DNA of 64,000 nucleotides from Auanema rhodensis (Eukaryota; Animalia; Nematoda). Positions within the stretch are counted from its first letter, which is position 1; every line of letters begins with the position of its first letter. Location of the stretch: contig CAXKVF010000086.1 of assembly GCA_964057225.1 (NCBI GenBank), forward strand, positions 193,946-257,945, in the 5' to 3' direction. Position numbers and translations under genes: made by a program. Positions 26,701 to 40,656 of the stretch are shown here, in pieces. Under the pieces are notes generated by a model, which saw only the letters and a list, made by a program, of their open reading frames with translations, made no database searches and was not told where the DNA came from.

Positions 26701-29700
26701 TACCATGAACCAATATCAATAAAAATTTGTTTTTAGACTAATATGGACATGGGGAATCTAATTTTGAAAACCGCATCTCTTTATCTTTCACGTGAAGCGA
26801 GTTACATACCAAGTGCACATCACGTGTACATTTAATTAGCATAAATTAAAGTTCACGTAAATTTCAAAGTCATGGTTACCATGCACCAATATCAATAAAA
26901 ATTTGTTTTTAGACTAATATGGACATGGGGAATCTAATTTTGAAAACCGCATCTCTTTATCTTTCACGTGAAGCGAGTTACATACCAAGTGCACATCACG
27001 TGTACATTTAATTAGCATAAATTAAAGTTCACGTAAATTTCAAAGTCATGGTTACCATGCACCAATATCAATAAAAATTTGTTTTTAGACTAATATGGAC
27101 ATGGGGAATCTAATTTTGAAAACCGCATCTCTTTATCTTTCACGTGGAGCGAGTTACATACCAAGTGCACATCACGTGTACATTTAATTAGCATAAATTA
27201 AAGTTCACGTAAATTTCAAAGTCATGGTTACCATGAACCAATATCAATAAAAATTTGTTTTTAGACTAATATGGACATGGGGAATCTAATTTTGAAAACC
27301 GCATCTCTTTATCTTTCACGTGAAGCGAGTTACATACCAAGTGCACATCACGTGTACATTTAATTAGCATAAATTAAAGTTCACGTAAATTTCAAAGTCA
27401 TGGTTACCATGAACCAATATCAATAAAAAGTTGTTTTTAGACTAATATGGACATGTGGAATCTAATTTTGAAAACCGCATCTCTTTATCTTTCACGTGAA
27501 GAGAGTTACATACCAAGTGCACATCACGTGTACATTTAATTAGCATAAATTAAAGTTCACGTAAATTTCAAAGTCATGGTTACCATGCACCAATATCAAT
27601 AAAAATTTGTTTTTAGACTAATATGGACATGGGGAATCTAATTTTGAAAACCGCATCTCTTTATCTTTCACGTGAAGCGAGTTACATACCAAGTGCACAT
27701 CACGTGAACATTTAATTAGCATAAATTAAAGTTCACGTAAATTTCAAAGTCATGGTTACCATGCACCAATATCAATAAAAATTTGTTTTTAGACTAATAT
27801 GGACATGGGGAATCTAATTTTGAAAACCGCATCTCTTTATCTTTCACGTGAAGCGAGTTACATACCAAGTGCACATCACGTGTACATTTAATTAGCATAA
27901 ATTAAAGTTCACGTAAATTTCAAAGTCATGGTTACCATGAACCAATATCAATAAAAATTTGTTTTTAGACTAATATGGACATGGGGAATCTAATTTTGAA
28001 AACCGCATCTCTTTATCTTTCACGTGAAGCGAGTTACATACCAAGTGCACATCACGTGTACATTTAATTAGCATAAATTAAAGTTCACGTAAATTTCAAA
28101 GTCATGGTTACCATGCACCAATATCAATAAAAATTTGTTTTTAGACTAATATGGACATGGGGAATCTAATTTTGAAAACCGCATCTCTTTATCTTTCACG
28201 TGAAGCGAGTTACATACCAAGTGCACATCACGTGTACATTTAATTAGCATAAATTAAAGTTCACGTAAATTTCAAAGTCATGGTTACCATGCACCAATAT
28301 CAATAAAAATTTGTTTTTAGACTAATATGGACATGGGGAATCTAATTTTGAAAACCGCATCTCTTTATCTTTCACGTGAAGCGAGTTACATACCAAGTGC
28401 ACATCACGTGTACATTTAATTAGCATAAATTAAAGTTCACGTAAATTTCAAATTCATGGTTACCATGAACCAATATCAATAAAAAGTTGTTTTTAGACTA
28501 ATATGGACATGGGGAATCTAATTTTGAAAACCGCATCTCTTTATCTTTCACGTGAAGAGAGTTACATACCAAGTGCACATCACGTGTACATTTAATTAGC
28601 ATAAATTAAAGTTCACGTAAATTTCAAAGTCATGGTTACCATGCACCAATATCAATAAAAATTTGTTTTTAGACTAATATGGACATGGGGAATCTAATTT
28701 TGAAAACCGCATCTCTTTATCTTTCACGTGAAGCGAGTTACATACCAAGTGCACATCACGTGAACATTTAATTAGCATAAATTAAAGTTCACGTAAATTT
28801 CAAAGTCATGGTTACCATGCACCAATATCAATACAAATTTGTTTTTAGACTAATATGGACATGGGGAATCTAATTTTGAAAACCGCATCTCTTTATCTTT
28901 CACGTGAAGCAAGTTACATACCAAGTGCACATCACGTGTACATTTAATTAGCATAAATTAAAGTTCACGTAAATTTCAAAGTCATGGTTACCATGCACCA
29001 ATATCAATAAAAATTTGTTTTTAGACTAATATGGACATGGGGAATCTAATTTTGAAAACCGCATCTCTTTATCTTTCACGTGAAGCGAGTTACATACCAA
29101 GTGCACATCACGTGTACATTTAATTAGCATAAATTAAAGTTCACGTAAATTTCAAAGTCATGGTTACCATGCACCAATATCAATAAAAATTTGTTTTTAG
29201 ACTAATATGGACATGGGGAATCTAATTTTGAAAACCGCATCTTTTTATCTTTCACGTGAAGCGAGTTACATACCAAGTGCACATCACGTATACATTTAAT
29301 TAGCATAAATTAAAGTTCACGTAAATTTCAAAGTCATGGTTACCATGAACCAATATCAATAAAAATTTGTTTTTAGACTAATATGGACATGGGGAATCTA
29401 ATTTTGAAAACCGCATCTCTTTATCTTTCACGTGAAGCGAGTTACATACCAAGTGCACATCACGTGTACATTTAATTAGCATAAATTAAAGTTCACGTAA
29501 ATTTCAAAGTCATGGTTACCATGCACCAATATCAATAAAAATTTGTTTTTAGACTAATATGGACATGGGGAATCTAATTTTGAAAACCGCATTTCTTCAT
29601 CTTTCGCGTGAAGCGAGTTACATACCAAGTGCACATCACGTGTACATTTAATTAGCATAAATTAAAGTTCACGTAAATTTCAAAGTCATGGTTACCATGC

Positions 29701-32700
29701 ACCAATATCAATAAAAATTTGTTTTTAGACTAATATGGACATGGGGAATCTAATTTTGAAAACCGCATCTCTTTATCTTTCACGTGAAGCGAGTTACATA
29801 CCAAGTGCACATCACGTGTACATTTAATTAGCATAAATTAAAGTTCACGTAAATTTCAAAGTCATGGTTACCATGCACCAATATCAATAAAAATTTGTTT
29901 TTAGACTAATATGGACATGGGGAATCTAATTTTGAAAACCGCATCTCTTTATCTTTCACGTGAAGCGAGTTACATACCAAGTGCACATCACGTGTACATT
30001 TAATTAGCATAAATTAAAGTTCACGTAAATTTCAAAGTCATGGTTACCATGAACCAATATCAATAAAAATTTGTTTTTAGACTAATATGGACATGGGGAA
30101 TCTAATTTTGAAAACCGCATCTCTTTATCTTTCACGTGAAGAGAGTTACATACCAAGTGCACATCACGTGTACATTTAATTAGCATAAATTAAAGTTCAC
30201 GTAAATTTCAAAGTCATGGTTACCATGCACCAATATCAATAAAAATTTGTTTTTAGACTAATATGGACATGGGGAATCTAATTTTGAAAACCGCATCTCT
30301 TTATCTTTCACGTGAAGCGAGTTACATACCAAGTGCACATCACGTGTACATTTAATTAGCATAAATTAAAGTTCACGTAAATTTCAAATTCATGGTTACC
30401 ATGAACCAATATCAATAAAAAGTTGTTTTTAGACTAATATGGACATGGGGAATCTAATTTTGAAAACCGCATCTCTTTATCTTTCACGTGAAGAGAGTTA
30501 CATACCAAGTGCACATCACGTGTACATTTAATTAGCATAAATTAAAGTTCACGTAAATTTCAAAGTCATGGTTACCATGCACCAATATCAATAAAAATTT
30601 GTTTTTAGACTAATATGGACATGGGGAATCTAATTTTGAAAACCGCATCTCTTTATCTTTCACGTGAAGCGAGTTACATACCAAGTGCACATCACGTGAA
30701 CATTTAATTAGCATAAATTAAAGTTCACGTAAATTTCAAAGTCATGGTTACCATGCACCAATATCAATAAAAATTTGTTTTTGGACTAATATGGACATGG
30801 GGAATCTAATTTTGAAAACCGCATCTCTTTATCTTTCACGTGAAGCGAGTTACATACCAAGTGCACATCACGTGTACATTTAATTAGCATAAATTAAAGT
30901 TCACGTAAATTTCAAAGTCATGGTTACCATGCACCAATATCAATAAAAATTTGTTTTTAGACTAATATGGACATGGGGAATCTAATTTTGAAAACCGCAT
31001 CTCTTTATCTTTCACGTGAAGCGAGTTACATACCAAGTGCACATCACGTATACATTTAATTAGCATAAATTAAAGTTCACGTAAATTTCAAAGTCATGGT
31101 TACCATGAACCAATATCAATAAAAATTTGTTTTTAGACTAATATGGACATGGGGAATCTAATTTTGAAAACCGCATCTCTTTATCTTTCACGTGAAGCGA
31201 GTTACATACCAAGTGCACATCACGTGTACATTTAATTAGCATAAATTAAAGTTCACGTAAATTTCAAAGTCATGGTTACCATGCACCAATATCAATAAAA
31301 ATTTGTTTTTAGACTAATATGGACATGGGGAATCTAATTTTGAAAACCGCATCTCTTCATCTTTCACGTGAAGCGAGTTACATACCAAGTGCACATCACG
31401 TGTACATTTAATTAGCATAAATTAAAGTTCACGTAAATTTCAAAGTCATGGTTACCATGCACCAATATCAATAAAAATTTGTTTTTAGACTAATATGGAC
31501 ATGGGGAATCTAATTTGGAAAACCGCATCTTTTTATCTTTCACGTGAAGCGAGTTACATACCAAGTGCACATCACGTGTACATTTAATTAGCATAAATTA
31601 AAGTTCACGTAAATTTCAAAGTCATGGTTACCATGCACCAATATCAATAAAAATTTGTTTTTAGACTAATATGGACATGGGAAATCTAATTTTGAAAACC
31701 GCATCTCTTTATCTTTCACGTGAAGCGAGTTACATACCAAGTGCACATCACGTGTACATTTAATTAGCATAAATTAAAGTTCACGTAAATTTCAAAGTCA
31801 TGGTTACCATGCACCAATATCAATAAAAATTTGTTTTTAGACTAATATGGACATGGGGAATCTAATTTTGAAAACCGCATCTCTTCATCTTTCACGTGAA
31901 GCGAGTTGCATACCAAGTGCACATCACGTGTACATTTAATTAGCATAAATTAAAGTTCACGTAAATTTCAAAGTCATGGTTACCATGCACCAATATCAAT
32001 AAAAATTTGTTTTTAGACTAATATGGACATGGGGAATCTAATTTTGAAAACCGCATCTCTTTATCTTTCACGTGAAGCGAGTTACATACCAAGTGCACAT
32101 CACGTGTACATTTAATTAGCATAAATTAAAGTTCACGTAAATTTTAAAGTCATGGTTACCATGAACCAATATCAATAAAAATTTGTTTTTAGACTAATAT
32201 GGACATGGGGAATCTAATATTGAAAACCGCATCTCTTTATCTTTCACGTGAAGCGAGTTACATACCAAGTGCACATCACGTGTACATTTAATTAGCATAA
32301 ATTAAAGTTCACGTAAATTTCAAAGTCATGGTTACCATGCACCAATATAAATAAAAATTTGTTTTTAGACTAATATGGACATGGGGAATCTAATTTTGAA
32401 AACCGCATCTCTTTATCTTTCACGTGAAGCGAGTTATATACCAAGTGCACATCACGTGTACATTTAATTAGCATAAATTAAAGTTCACGTAAATTTCAAA
32501 GTCATGGTTACCATGAAGCAATATCAATAAAAATTTGTTTTTAGACTAATATGGACATGGGGAATCTAATTTTGAAAACCGCATCTCTTTATCTCTCACG
32601 TGAAGCGAGTTACATACCAAGTGCACATCACGTGTACATTTAATTAGCATAAATTAAAGTTCACGTAAATTTCAAAGTCATGGTTACCATGAACCAATAT

Positions 32701-33616
32701 CAATAAAAATTTGTTTTTAGACTAATATGGACATGGGGAATCTAATTTTGAAAACCGCATCTCTTTATCTTTCACGTGAAGCGAGTTACATACCAAGTGC
32801 ACATCACGTGTACATTTAATTAGCATAAATTAAAGTTCACGTAAATTTCAAAGTCATGGTTACCATGCACCAATATCAATAAAAATTTGTTTTTAGACTA
32901 ATATGGACATGGGGAATCTAATTTTGAAAACCGCATCTCTTTATCTTTCACGTGAAGCGAGTTACATACCAAGTGCACATCACGTGTACATTTAATTAGC
33001 ATAAATTAAAGTTCACGTAAATTTCAAAGTCATGGTTACCATGAACCAATATCAACAAAAATTTGTTTTTAGACTAATATGGACATGGGGAATCTAATTT
33101 TGAAAACCGCATCTCTTTATCTTTCACGTGAAGCGAGTTACATACCAAGTGCACATCACGTATACATTTAATTAGCATAAATTAAAGTTCACGTAAATTT
33201 CAAAGTCATGGTTACCATGAACCAATATCAATAAAAATTTGTTTTTAGACTAATATGGACATGGGGAATCTAATTTTGAAAACCGCATCTCTTTATCTTT
33301 CACGTGAAGCGAGTTACATACCAAGTGCACATCACGTGTACATTTAATTAGCATAAATTAAAGTTCACGTAAATTTCAAAGTCATGGTTACCATGCACCA
33401 ATATCAATAAAAATTTGTTTTTAGACTAATATGGACATGGGGAATCTAATTTTAAAAACCGCATCTCTTCATCTTTCACGTGAAGCGAGTTACATACCAA
33501 GTGCACATCACGTGTACATTTAATTAGCATAAATTAAAGTTCACGTAAATTTCAAAGTCATGGTTACCATGCACCAATATCAATAAAAATTTGTTTTTAG
33601 ACTAATATGGACATGG

Positions 33617-36600
33617 GGAATCTAATTTTGAAAACCGCATCTCTTTATCTTTCACGTGAAGCGAGTTACATACCAAGTGCACATCACGTGTACATTTAAT
33701 TAGCATAAATTAAAGTTCACGTAAATTTCAAAGTCATGGTTACCATGCACCAATATCAATAAAAATTTGTTTTTAGACTAATATGGACATGGGGAATCTA
33801 ATTTTGAAAACCGCATCTCTTTATCTTTCACGTGAAGCGAGTTACATACCAAGTGCACATCACGTGTACATTTAATTAGCATAAATTAAAGTTCACGTAA
33901 ATTTCAAAGTCATGGTTACCATGAACCAATATCAATAAAAATTTGTTTTTAGACTAATATGGACATGGGGAATCTAATTTTGAAAACCGCATCTCTTTAT
34001 TTTTCACGTGAAGCGAGTTACATACCAAGTGCACATCACGTGTACATTTAATTAGCATAAATTAAAGTTCACGTAAATTTCAAAGTCATGGTTACCATGA
34101 ACCAATATCAATAAAAATTTGTTTTTAGACTAATATGGACATGGGGAATCTAATTTTGAAAACCGCATCTCTTTATCTTTCACGTGAAGCGAGTTACATA
34201 CCAAGTGCACATCACGTGTACATTTAATTAGCATAAATTAAAGTTCACGTAAATTTCAAAGTCATGGTTACCATGCACCAATATCAATAAAAATTTGTTT
34301 TTAGACTAATATGGACATGGGGAATCTAATTTTGAAAACCGCATCTCTTCATCTTTCACGTGAAGCGAGTTACATACCAAGTGCACATCACGTGTACATT
34401 TAATTAGCATAAATTAAAGTTCACGTAAATTTCAAAGTCATGGTTACCATTCACCAATATCAATAAAAATTTGTTTTTAGACTAATATGGACATGGGGAA
34501 TCTAATTTTGAAAACCGCATCTCTTCATCTTTTACGTGAAGCGAGTTACATACCAAGTGCACATCACGTGTACATTTAATTAGCATAAATTAAAGTTCAC
34601 GTAAATTTCAAAGTCATGGTTACCATGAACCAATATCAATAAAAATTTGTTTTTAGACTAATATGGACATGGGGAATCTAATTTTGAAAACCGCATCTCT
34701 TTATCTTTCACGTGAAGCGAGTTATATACCAAGTGCACATCACGTGTACATTTAATTAGCATAAATTAAAGTACACGTAAATTTCAAAGTCATGGTTACC
34801 ATGAACCAATATCAATAAAAATTTGTTTTTAGACTAATATGGACATGGGGAATCTAATTTTGAAAACCGCATCTCTTTATCTTTCACGTGAAGCGAGTTA
34901 CATACCAAGTGCACATCACGTGTACATTTAATTAGCATAAATTAAAGTTCACGTAAATTTCAAAGTCATGGTTACCATGCACCAATATCAATAAAAATTT
35001 GTTTTTAGACTAATATGGACATGGGGAATCTAATTTTGAAAACCGCATCTCTTTATCTTTCACGTGAAGCGAGTTACATACCAAGTGCACATCACGTGTA
35101 CATTTAATTAGCATAAATTAAAGTTCACGTAAATTTCAAAGTCATGGTTACCATGAACCAATATCAATAAAAATTTGTTTTTAGACTAATATGGACATGG
35201 GGAATCTAATTTTGAAAACCGCATCTCTTTATCTTTCACGTGAAGCGAGTTACATACCAAGTGCACATCACGTGTACATTTAATTAGCATAAATTAAAGT
35301 TCACGTAAATTTCAAAGTCATGGTTACCATGCACCAATATCAATAAAAATTTGTTTTTAGACTAATATGGACATGGGGAATCTAATTTTGAAAACCGCAT
35401 CTCTTTATCTTTCACGTGAAGCGAGTTACATACCAAGTGCACATCACGTGTACATTTAATTAGCATAAATTAAAGTTCACGTAAATTTCAAAGTCATGGT
35501 TACCATGAACCAATATCAATAAAAATTTGTTTTTAGACTAATATGGACATGGGGAATCTAATTTTGAAAACCGCATCTCTTTATTTTTCACGTGAAGCGA
35601 GTTACATACCAAGTGCACATCACGTGTACATTTAATTAGCATAAATTAAAGTTCACGTAAATTTCAAAGTCATGGTTACCATGAACCAATATCAATAAAA
35701 ATTTGTTTTTAGACTAATATGGACATGGGGAATCTAATTTTGAAAACCGCATCTCTTTATCTTTCACGTGAAGCGAGTTACATACCAAGTGCACATCACG
35801 TGTACATTTAATTAGCATAAATTAAAGTTCACGTAAATTTCAAAGTCATGGTTACCATGCACCAATATCAATAAAAATTTGTTTTTAGACTAATATGGAC
35901 ATGGGGAATCTAATTTTGAAAACCGCATCTCTTCATCTTTCACGTGAAGCGAGTTACATACCAAGTGCACATCACGTGTACATTTAATTAGCATAAATTA
36001 AAGTTCACGTAAATTTCAAAGTCATGGTTACCATTCACCAATATCAATAAAAATTTGTTTTTAGACTAATATGGACATGGGGAATCTAATTTTGAAAACC
36101 GCATCTCTTCATCTTTTACGTGAAGCGAGTTACATACCAAGTGCACATCACGTGTACATTTAATTAGCATAAATTAAAGTTCACGTAAATTTCAAAGTCA
36201 TGGTTACCATGAACCAATATCAATAAAAATTTGTTTTTAGACTAATATGGACATGGGGAATCTAATTTTGAAAACCGCATCTCTTTATCTTTCACGTGAA
36301 GCGAGTTATATACCAAGTGCACATCACGTGTACATTTAATTAGCATAAATTAAAGTACACGTAAATTTCAAAGTCATGGTTACCATGAACCAATATCAAT
36401 AAAAATTTGTTTTTAGACTAATATGGACATGGGGAATCTAATTTTGAAAACCGCATCTCTTTATCTTTCACGTGAAGCGAGTTACATACCAAGTGCACAT
36501 CACGTGTACATTTAATTAGCATAAATTAAAGTTCACGTAAATTTCAAAGTCATGGTTACCATGCACCAATATCAATAAAAATTTGTTTTTAGACTAATAT

Positions 36601-37136
36601 GGACATGGGGAATCTAATTTTGAAAACCGCATCTCTTTATCTTTCACGTGAAGCGAGTTACATACCAAGTGCACATCACGTGTACATTTAATTAGCATAA
36701 ATTAAAGTTCACGTAAATTTCAAAGTCATGGTTACCATGAACCAATATCAATAAAAATTTGTTTTTAGACTAATATGGACATGGGGAATCTAATTTTGAA
36801 AACCGCATCTCTTTATCTTTCACGTGAAGCGAGTTACATACCAAGTGCACATCACGTGTACATTTAATTAGCATAAATTAAAGTTCACGTAAATTTCAAA
36901 GTCATGGTTACCATGCACCAATATCAATAAAAATTTGTTTTTAGACTAATATGGACATGGGGAATCTAATTTTGAAAACCGCATCTCTTTATCTTTCACG
37001 TGAAGCGAGTTACATACCAAGTGCACATCACGTGTACATTTAATTAGCATAAATTAAAGTTCACGTAAATTTCAAAGTCATGGTTACCATGAACCAATAT
37101 CAATAAAAATTTGTTTTTAGACTAATATGGACATGG
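33617..37136. repeat. Tandem duplication of a 9-monomer (1584-bp) unit, M192-200 / M201-209, with identity extending to M211
   Basis: C33T, T30C+G131T, T30C+C37T and C53T+T101A all repeat at +1584 bp (T101A at 34773 and 36357). Confidence 0.92.
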
Positions 37137-39248
37137 GGAATCTAATTTTGAAAACCGCATCTCTTTATCTTTCACGTGAAGCGAGTTACATACCAAGTGC
37201 ACATCACGTGTACATTTAATTAGCATAAATTAAAGTTCACGTAAATTTCAAAGTCATGGTTACCATGCACCAATATCAATAAAAATTTGTTTTTAGACTA
37301 ATATGGACATGGGGAATCTAATTTTGAAAACCTCATCTCTTTATCTTTCACGTGAAGCGAGTTACATACCAAGTGCACATCACGTGTACATTTAATTAGC
37401 ATAAATTAAAGTTCACGTAAATTTCAAAGTCATGGTTACCATGAACCAATATCAATAAAAATTTGTTTTTAGACTAATATGGACATGGGGAATCTAATTT
37501 TGAAAACCGCATCTCTTTATCTTTCACGTGAAGCGAGTTACATACCAAGTGCACATCACGTGTACATTTAATTAGCATAAATTAAAGTTCACGTAAATTT
37601 CAAAGTCATGGTTACCATGAACCAATATCAATAAAAATTTGTTTTTAGACTAATATGGACATGGGAAATCTAATTTTGAAAACCGCATCTCTTTATCTTT
37701 CACGTGAAGCGAGTTACATACCAAGTGCACATCACGTGTACATTCAATTAGCATAAATTAAAGTTCACGTAAATTTCAAAGTCATGGTTACCATGAAGCA
37801 ATATCAATAAAAATTTGTTTTTAGACTAATATGGACATGGGGAATCTAATTTTGAAAACCGCATCTCTTTATCTTTCACGTGAAGCGAGTTACATACCAA
37901 GTGCACATCACGTGTACATTTAATTAGCATAAATTAAAGTTCACGTAAATTTCAAAGTCATGGTGACCATGCACCAATATCAATAAAAATTTGTTTTTAG
38001 ACTAATATGGACATGGGGAATCTAATTTTGAAAACCACATCTCTTTATCTTTCACGTGAAGCGAGTTACATACCAAGTGCACATCACGTGTACATTTAAT
38101 TAGCATAAATTAAAGTTCACGTAAATTTCAAAGTCATGGTTACCATGCACCAATATCAATAAAAATTTGTTTTTAGACTAATATGGACATGGGGAATCTA
38201 ATTTTGAAAACCGCATCTCTTTATCTTTCACGTGAAGCGAGTTACATACCAAGTGCACATCACGTGTACATTTAATTAGCATAAATTAAAGTTCACGTAA
38301 ATTTCAAAGTCATGGTTACCATGCACCAATATCAATAAAAATTTGTTTTTAGACTAATATGGACATGGGGAGTCTAATTTTGAAAACCGCATCTCTTTAT
38401 CTTTCACGTGAAGCGAGTTACATACCAAGTGCACATCACGTGTACATTTAATTAGCATAAATTAAAGTTCACGTAAATTTCAAAGTCATGGTTACCATGA
38501 ACCAATATCAATAAAAATTTGTTTTTAGACTAATATGGACATGGGGAATCTAATTTTGAAAACCGCATCTCTTTATCTTTCACGTGAAGCGAGTTACATA
38601 CCAAGTGCACATCACGTGTACATTTAATTAGCATAAATTAAAGTTCACGTAAATTTCAAAGTCATGGTTACCATGCACCAATATCAATAAAAATTTGTTT
38701 TTAGACTAATATGGACATGGGGAATCTAATTTTGAAAACCTCATCTCTTTATCTTTCACGTGAAGCGAGTTACATACCAAGTGCACATCACGTGTACATT
38801 TAATTAGCATAAATTAAAGTTCACGTAAATTTCAAAGTCATGGTTACCATGAACCAATATCAATAAAAATTTGTTTTTAGACTAATATGGACATGGGGAA
38901 TCTAATTTTGAAAACCGCATCTCTTTATCTTTCACGTGAAGCGAGTTACATACCAAGTGCACATCACGTGTACATTTAATTAGCATAAATTAAAGTTCAC
39001 GTAAATTTCAAAGTCATGGTTACCATGAACCAATATCAATAAAAATTTGTTTTTAGACTAATATGGACATGGGAAATCTAATTTTGAAAACCGCATCTCT
39101 TTATCTTTCACGTGAAGCGAGTTACATACCAAGTGCACATCACGTGTACATTCAATTAGCATAAATTAAAGTTCACGTAAATTTCAAAGTCATGGTTACC
39201 ATGAAGCAATATCAATAAAAATTTGTTTTTAGACTAATATGGACATGG
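37137..39248. repeat. 4-monomer block repeated at an 8-monomer offset (M212-215 = M220-223)
   Basis: G21T+132A; 132A; G2A+T81C+132A+C134G occurs at 37313-37840 and again at 38721-39248. Confidence 0.85.
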
Positions 39249-40656
39249 GGAATCTAATTTTGAAAACCGCATCTCTTCATCTTTCACGTGAAGCGAGTTA
39301 CATACCAAGTGCACATCACGTGTACATTCAATTAGCATAAATTAAAGTTCACGTAAATTTCAAAGTCATGGTTACCATGCACCAATATCAATAAAAATTT
39401 GTTTTTAGACTAATATGGACATGGGGAATCTAATTTTGAAAACCGCATCTCTTCATCTTTCACGTGAAGCGAGTTACATACCAAGTGCACATCACGTGTA
39501 CATTTAATTAGCATAAATTAAAGTTCACGTAAATTTCAAAGTCATGGTTACCATTCACCAATATCAATAAAAATTTGTTTTTAGACTAATATGGACATGG
39601 GGAATCTAATTTTGAAAACCGCATCTCTTTATCTTTCACGTGAAGCGAGTTACATACCAAGTGCACATCACGTGTACATTTAATTAGCATAAATTAAAGT
39701 TCACGTAAATTTCAAAGTCATGGTTACCATGAACCAATATCAATAAAAATTTGTTTTTAGACTAATATGGACATGGGAAATCTAATTTTGAAAACCGCAT
39801 CTCTTTATCTTTCACGTGAAGCGAGTTACATACCAAGTGCACATCACGTGTACATTTAATTAGCATAAATTAAAGTTCACGTAAATTTCAAAGTCATGGT
39901 TACCATGAACCAATATCAATAAAAATTTGTTTTTAGACTAATATGGACATGAGGAATCTAATTTTGAAAACCGCATCTCTTTATCTTTCACGTGAAGCGA
40001 GTTACATACCAAGTGCACATCACGTGTACATTTAATTAGCATAAATTAAAGTTCACGTAAATTTCAAAGTCATGGTTACCATGCACCAATATCAATAAAA
40101 ATTTGTTTTTAGACTAATATGGACATGGGGAATCTAATTTTGAAAACCGCATCTCTTTATCTTTCACGTGAAGCGAGTTACATACCAAGTGCACATCACG
40201 TGTACATTTAATTAGCATAAATTAAAGTTCACGTAAATTTCAAAGTCATGGTTACCATGCACCAATATCAATAAAAATTTGTTTTTAGACTAATATGGAC
40301 ATGGGGAATCTAATTTTGAAAACCGCATCTCTTTATCTTTCACGTGAAGCGAGTTACATACCAAGTGCACATCACGTGTACATTTAATTAGCATAAATTA
40401 AAGTTCACGTAAATTTCAAAGTCATGGTTACCATGCACCAATATCAATAAAAATTTGTTTTTAGACTAATATGGACATGGGGAATCTAATTTTGAAAACC
40501 GCTTCTCTTTATCTTTCACGTGAAGCGAGTTACATACCAAGTGCACATCACGTGTACATTTAATTAGCATAAATTAAAGTTCACGTAAATTTCAAAGTCA
40601 TGGTTACCATGCACCAATATCAATAAAAATTTGTTTTTAGACTAATATGGACATGG

